Assembly (NCBI GenBank): GCA_001643675.2
Contig: LSRY02000021.1
Location: 248,001 to 312,000 of the forward strand
Length of the DNA stretch: 64,000 nucleotides
Direction of reading: 5' to 3'
Source: Monocercomonoides exilis PA203
Taxonomy: Eukaryota > Protista > Preaxostyla
Position numbers and translations under genes: made by a program. Positions within the stretch are counted from its first letter, which is position 1, and every line of letters starts with the position of its first letter. The notes beneath the pieces are model-generated. The model was not told the origin of the DNA, ran no database searches, and was given only the letters and a program-made list of their open reading frames with translations. This document shows, in pieces, positions 58,801-64,000 of the stretch.

Positions 58801-61155
58801 CAATCCAGTTTGTTGTGCCTTCTGCAGATGCATCGAAAATACTCGAAGAGACGATCAATTTCGCAGAGAAGTCTCGAAAGAGAATGAGGACGATGTCAAA
58901 AAGGGCGCTAGATATTCTTCACGAGGAAGAGATCAAGCTGCTAACTTCATGGAAAGACAAGGAGAAGAAGAAAATGGAAGAAGAGAAGAAGAAGAAGAAA
59001 GAAGAGATGCAAAAGAAGTTGGAAGCTGAAGGTTCATTGAAATCGGAGAAAGGGCAAAAACTAGAAAAAATTGGAGGACCGAACAGATTTGAAGAAAGAG
59101 CGAAGAGGAAAGAGGAGAGGCGAAAGAAGAGAAGAGAACAAATGAGGATGAAGAGAAGGCGAAATGAAGTTGAACGAAGAACGAAAAACTTGGTTGGACT
59201 TTGGGTTGACTTCCGAAGAGAGCAAAGAGAAAAAGCGAAAAAGAAGCAGCAGAAAAGCAAAAAAGAGGAAATGCATCAAAAGAAGATGAAAATGGAAGAC
59301 ATCCAAAATGAGATAAAGGAAGATGGAGACGAAGAGCTGTTTGAATCGGAGAATGACAGCGAAATGGAACATTCAGAAGGAGGATGTACTGCTTCTGCAA
59401 TGGAAAACAGCGAAAGTGAAGCATTTGACTTTCGAAGGGACAAAAAAGAGCATTTTGGCAAAGCAGAAAGCTTGGCTGGTTCAGATGCTGATGAAGATGT
59501 GACATCTGATTTGACACCTGAATCGTCCTCAGACTTCTCTTTCACCTCGTTTCTCTCTTCAGACACGTCCACCTCGCTTTCTGGTCTTTCCTTGTCGAAC
59601 ATCGACGATATGGACAACGAAGAGATAACATGGCGCATTCGGCGAGTGGAGGAAAAACTGAAGTATCAGCAGCGTCTTCAGAAGCACCGCCAGAAGAGGC
59701 TGAAGTATTTGAGAGAGAAAGAGAAAGAGAGGAAAGAGATCGAACGGAGTGCAGAAGAAGGATGGAAAGACCCGAGCAGCCAAAGAGACAGAGGGCTTCA
59801 GCAGCTGAAGGAGCTGGAGAATATGTTTTCTGTCGATGGCAAGGGAGAAATGAGCGGAATGAGCAGATTTGGGATGCGAATAGGAACTGACGGGAAGGTT
59901 GTTGCTGAGCCAATAGGCACTGGGAAAGCTTGGATCTCAACAGGGTTTGTGCAAATTGAGTTATAATTAGAATTTTATAATTATTGTGTATATTTATATT
60001 AATGTTTGAATCTATATCATATTTAAATTTATTATTTGAATAATCATTTTGATGTCACATAGCCCAATGATTTCTGGAAGTGATGTTGACAAATACCTCG
60101 GTGGGCAGTCAGCAAAGCAGCAGCTTGAGCAGCTGGCGTCTTCGCTCACGTCGTCAGTGTCGACATCTTCCTCTACGACAATTTCATCTTCTTCTCTGCA
60201 ACAATCTCAGCAGTCTTCTTCATCGACGTCTGCTGCTGCTCAGCCAGTGAGCATTCGCTTTAATCCTCCAAATGTCACCTCAGCCATCTTGTCCACTCCA
60301 ACACATCTTTCTCTGATGCACTCAATATTGCCATTTAATGTGCAGAACAAATGCTGGTCTTTGGTTTATTCAAAGCATGAACATGGAACCTCAATGAACA
60401 CACTCACATACAAATGCTCAAAAATCAAGCCACCGCTTATCCTTTTGCTAAGAGATGGAAAAAGAAAGGTTTTTTTAGCACAGTTTTTGTTAAATAATTT
60501 TGTTGAATATTTTTAAATTTTCAATCATATATTTGTTGTGTAATCCATCTGTAGGTTTTTGGAGCTTATCTTTCTCATACGCTAAGCGTCCAGCCACGAT
60601 ATTATGGAAATGCAGATACTTTTGTCTTTTGCTTCGATTCAGCTTCTTCGTCTTCAAGTTCACAAACAGCATCAACTTCGCCTTCTTCCTCATCTGATTC
60701 AGCCTCTTCTTCTTCACCTCCTCAACAAACAGAACTTACAATTCGAAAGTTTGCTGCATCCAGGCGCAATATGTACTATATTCTGTGTAAAGATTATATT
60801 GCAATTGGTGGAGGGTTTGTTAAATATTTCTTAATGCTCAAAATGTTTATTTAAAATTTTTATCAAATTTTTCAAATTTCTTATGATTTGATTAGAAATG
60901 GGATTGCAATCAGAATCAATGAAGGCTTTTCATCTGGAACGTCTTCTGATTGCTCAACCTTTTCTTCTCCTCAGCTCTCATCAACACAAGATTATAACAT
61001 CGGACCAATAGAACTGTGGTCTCTTTCACAAGGTTTGTATTTGTTTAATCTTCTTTTTTGAATAATATTTGAATGAAAAAATGATAATGCATACAGATTT
61101 CAAGCAAGGAAGCAATTACACAAGTTTTAATTCAACAATGAAAGCTTTCCCCTGA
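49493..61155 (+). CDS. Very large Ser-rich protein with C-terminal TLDc domain (multi-exon)
   Basis: The ~9.5-kb exon (about 50470-59944) splices in phase (GG|GTTTGT...CATAG|C) to exons encoding WSLVYSKHEHGTSMNTL, LLLRDG..VFGAYLS, YYGNADTFVF, IAIGGG, GTSSDCSTFSSPQL and IELWS (TLDc signature); stop at 61155. The link to the 5' exons at 49493 is inferred. Confidence 0.78.
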
Positions 61156-61979
61156 GTGAAAATGAGAATATTAATTGTTTAACAAATATTTTTAAAAAAT
61201 ATGTTTTTATGATTTTTCGTTTTTGTTTTTGTTCAATGATTTTGTGAGGTTTTCTTGTTTTTATCTTATCACATCTGTAAACTTTTTTTCCTGTAATTTA
61301 GTTTGTTTTTACAAGTTATGTTATATGTTTTCTTTTGCAAGAATTAATATCATCTTTTTTTGGTTCATTTTTCTTTATTTGCTCGAAAATATTTCGCTAA
61401 AAAAAACTTTTTAATCAGTAAAAAATAAAATAAAATAAAATAAAGTCTTCTGAAATAATAAAAATTTTATTTCAACTAAAAGTTTCACCATTTTTTTCTA
61501 ATCTATTTTCATTGTATTGTGAGCATTTGACTTGAGTGATTACTCAAAAAACGAATCGACTTTTTATTTTTTTATAATTTTATTAGCAAACTCATTTTTG
61601 AATGGATTTTGATAATTCGTGGAGTACATGTATTTATTTAACTAATAACATAGTATTTAGGAAATGTGCAGACTCATAATTCAAAAACAACGAAATTAAT
61701 GTAAAAATTCAGTTTATTCACAAATAATTATCCCTCAATAACATGCATGAAAAAAACTAAAAATTGAAAGAAGTCTTTCTCTCAAAATTCAATTTGTATT
61801 AATAAATATCCATCGCCTCAATAACAAAAAACATCAGTAAATAAATGGAAAAAATAGAAAAAGAAAATGATAAATATCAAAAATTAAATGAAGTAATATT
61901 TTTAAAGACTCTTTTAAACGCCAATTTTGGAAAATAAATTACAATAACAATCAAATCACAAATCATCTAAAAAATTCAT

Positions 61980-64000
61980 TTACGGTTTAAAGTTTACATT
62001 TTCAGCGATATCGCCTGGCACGCCCTCAGTTAAAGAGAGTTCACCAAAATGAGTAGAAGGCAATTCTTTATACGAAGACACTCTATTCATGCTGTTCGAA
62101 GTAGAAGCAGAACTGGTGCGCTGAAAGTCAGGTGAATCTGCGTGGAAAACAGAAGCCTCACTCTCATTTTCCAGATCATTCTCATCGCCATCATCAAATC
62201 TGTAAGAGTCAGTCGCTTTCATCGAGTCCCTTTCATTCGCCCCGCTGCTGCTGTCTGTCAGTGAATCTGTCTCAGCTGCTCCGTTGCTCCCTTCGTTTGC
62301 ATCAGTCCCCGAAATGAATGAGGGAGACTGCGGATAGAAGTTCGGCGAGTCCATCATGTCCAGCTGCAGTGAGTCTTGGTCATAGAGCGATGCATCATCA
62401 GATGAGAAGTCGCTGTCACTCTCATTCTCACCACGCTTCTGAAACTGTCCATTAGAAGACAGGAAAGTCGAAGGCATATCTGCTTTCGAAGCAGCCTTGA
62501 TGAATCCTGCATGGTTTGTTGAGTGACGACGCTGCTCTTTCCTGGCACGTGCAACAGAAAGAGGGAAAGACCTGTGCCGGTTGGATAGAGTAGCAGCCAA
62601 GCCAATTGAGAGATCGAATCTTTTTTGTGGATGCAGATGTGCTCCTATTCGATTTCTGGCTGTGTGGCGTTTCATGTCTTCTTGTCTGTATGCTTGTGAG
62701 TTAATTGCAGATGAATCTGTTCCGCGTGTTCGTGATTTGCCTGCAGACAGAGATGCACTGGACGAAGAATGGGGCATTCTATCATATGACTGAGCCATTC
62801 CAAGCGTTTTAGGGTTCGCATATGATGTGTTCGATTCAATAGAACCATTTCTGAGTACACGATGAGACCTCGTTGTGAGCGATGAAGCAGAAGTTGGGCG
62901 TGTGTCAGAGACAGACAAGTTGATCATCGACGATTTTTCAGATGACAGCGCATTTTCTTGAGAGACATCTGACTCAGCAAAGGCAGACTTTTCAGAGACG
63001 CCTGGTGCTTCATATACTGCAGATGGTTGGCGATGTGGCTGAGAAGGCATCAGTTCAGAAAGAGAAGATGAGCCTGTGCGGCGTGATGAGAAAGAAGAGA
63101 CAGAGCGAGGTGAGGACGGAGAGTAGTATTCGTATGAGCCCATGGAAGACGAGCTGTGTGGGGAAGACGGGGGTGACTGGTGCTGAGAGGAGGAGCTGCG
63201 TCTGCGCGGCTTCGAGGCGAGTGAATGAGAGCGTGAATGGCGCGAGCCTGAGTCGTGTAGCGAGCTGCCTTCAGATTGGGATGTGTGTGATGTTGGGATG
63301 AAGTCGACAGAGGCAGTGCTGTGGACGTCGTAGTTCTGTCTGAATGATTCGTAGTCGGAGGTGATAAACGAGGAGACAGAGGAAGGGCCTGACCGCAGAT
63401 TGGAGGAGCGGACATCTGGGCGATGCCGCGAATAGGAAGAGGCATCAGAATCATCTCCGTATGAGTAGAACATCGAGTCAGGTGTGACAGAGGCTGGTGG
63501 AGAGACAGAGCCAGACTGGAGGAAAGAGCCCTGTGAGGAGGACATCAACGAGCCAGAGGAGCTTATTGCTGCAGAGGCTGTGTTTGTCAGCGCGGTCTGT
63601 TTGACCGCTGGTGGCTGCATCGACTGCGACCTCCCTTCCAACATGCCATTTCTGTCTCTGCTTTTCGAATGGGCATTCGCTTCTTGCCCACTCCAGCGCT
63701 TGGCATCAGCATCTGCCCGTGACTCTGATATCGTCCTTCGATACCCCATCACTGGGTCGCTGCTCCTTCTCTTGTCTCTTCCTCTCTTGTCTGAATGCCG
63801 CTGGGATTTGTGAGTCATCCCAGAAGAGTGTCCAGATACTCCTGAGGCATCTGCTGCATGCACTGCTTTTGCCACAGCATCGGCAATGGCACCTCCGTCT
63901 TCTTCTCTTTCGATGTCTGCTATTTTGATCTGGTGTGAGTAGCCACTCGGTGGGAACAAGGACGGAACATTCGCTGGGAGCGAGGCAGACGGCTTCGTCT
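61980..64000 (-). CDS. 3' part of a hypothetical Ser-rich protein (gene starts beyond the right edge)
   Basis: At least 659 codons open with coding-like GC content, ending at an AT-rich intergenic region; no recognisable domain. Confidence 0.7.
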   Translation of the reverse strand, partial: TKPSASLPANVPSLFPPSGYSHQIKIADIEREEDGGAIADAVAKAVHAADASGVSGHSSGMTHKSQRHSDKRGRDKRRSSDPVMGYRRTISESRADADAKRWSGQEANAHSKSRDRNGMLEGRSQSMQPPAVKQTALTNTASAAISSSGSLMSSSQGSFLQSGSVSPPASVTPDSMFYSYGDDSDASSYSRHRPDVRSSNLRSGPSSVSSFITSDYESFRQNYDVHSTASVDFIPTSHTSQSEGSSLHDSGSRHSRSHSLASKPRRRSSSSQHQSPPSSPHSSSSMGSYEYYSPSSPRSVSSFSSRRTGSSSLSELMPSQPHRQPSAVYEAPGVSEKSAFAESDVSQENALSSEKSSMINLSVSDTRPTSASSLTTRSHRVLRNGSIESNTSYANPKTLGMAQSYDRMPHSSSSASLSAGKSRTRGTDSSAINSQAYRQEDMKRHTARNRIGAHLHPQKRFDLSIGLAATLSNRHRSFPLSVARARKEQRRHSTNHAGFIKAASKADMPSTFLSSNGQFQKRGENESDSDFSSDDASLYDQDSLQLDMMDSPNFYPQSPSFISGTDANEGSNGAAETDSLTDSSSGANERDSMKATDSYRFDDGDENDLENESEASVFHADSPDFQRTSSASTSNSMNRVSSYKELPSTHFGELSLTEGVPGDIAENVNFKP

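Noticed and set aside
50466-59940. Numerous Glu/Lys/Arg-rich or Phe/Leu-rich ORFs overlapping the poly-Ser exon
   Set aside because: Expected antisense and alternate-frame products of TCT/TCC repeats.
1-64000. tRNA, rRNA or CRISPR arrays
   Set aside because: None recognised by eye; the tandem repeats present are coding trinucleotide tracts or simple microsatellites.

Overview
Eukaryotic, AT-rich, gene-dense genomic DNA with short GT-AG introns (about 50-250 nt) and the standard genetic code. The very long Ser-rich coding tracts and an intronless ~4,000-aa beta-helix/pseudokinase receptor gene suggest an oxymonad metamonad such as Monocercomonoides (inference). Host genes, left to right: an R2R3-type Myb factor (runs off the left edge and is absent from the ORF track), a Ser/Pro-rich coiled-coil protein, TBP, UDP-glucose pyrophosphorylase, a TBC Rab-GAP, a cathepsin-B-like protease with Cys-rich PSI-like repeats, eEF1B-gamma, a dephospho-CoA-kinase-like protein, 14-3-3, TFIIH p44/Ssl1, Nop53, the giant receptor, a small membrane protein, a TTLL3/8-like glycylase, a giant Ser-rich TLDc protein and the 3' part of a Ser-rich gene. 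The standout is a ~5.8-kb element at about 23735-29509. It has ~1.56-kb, apparently identical terminal inverted repeats, each carrying an 80-aa basic ORF and a nested hairpin. They enclose one decayed Prim-Pol + superfamily-3 (D5-like) helicase gene, with no transposase, integrase, PolB or capsid gene. The element sits at the centre of a reconstructable 20-bp near-palindrome with a candidate 6-bp target-site duplication (CACGTG). It is a candidate for an undescribed class of minimal primase-helicase mobile replicon. Exon boundaries were read by eye and are approximate unless stated.
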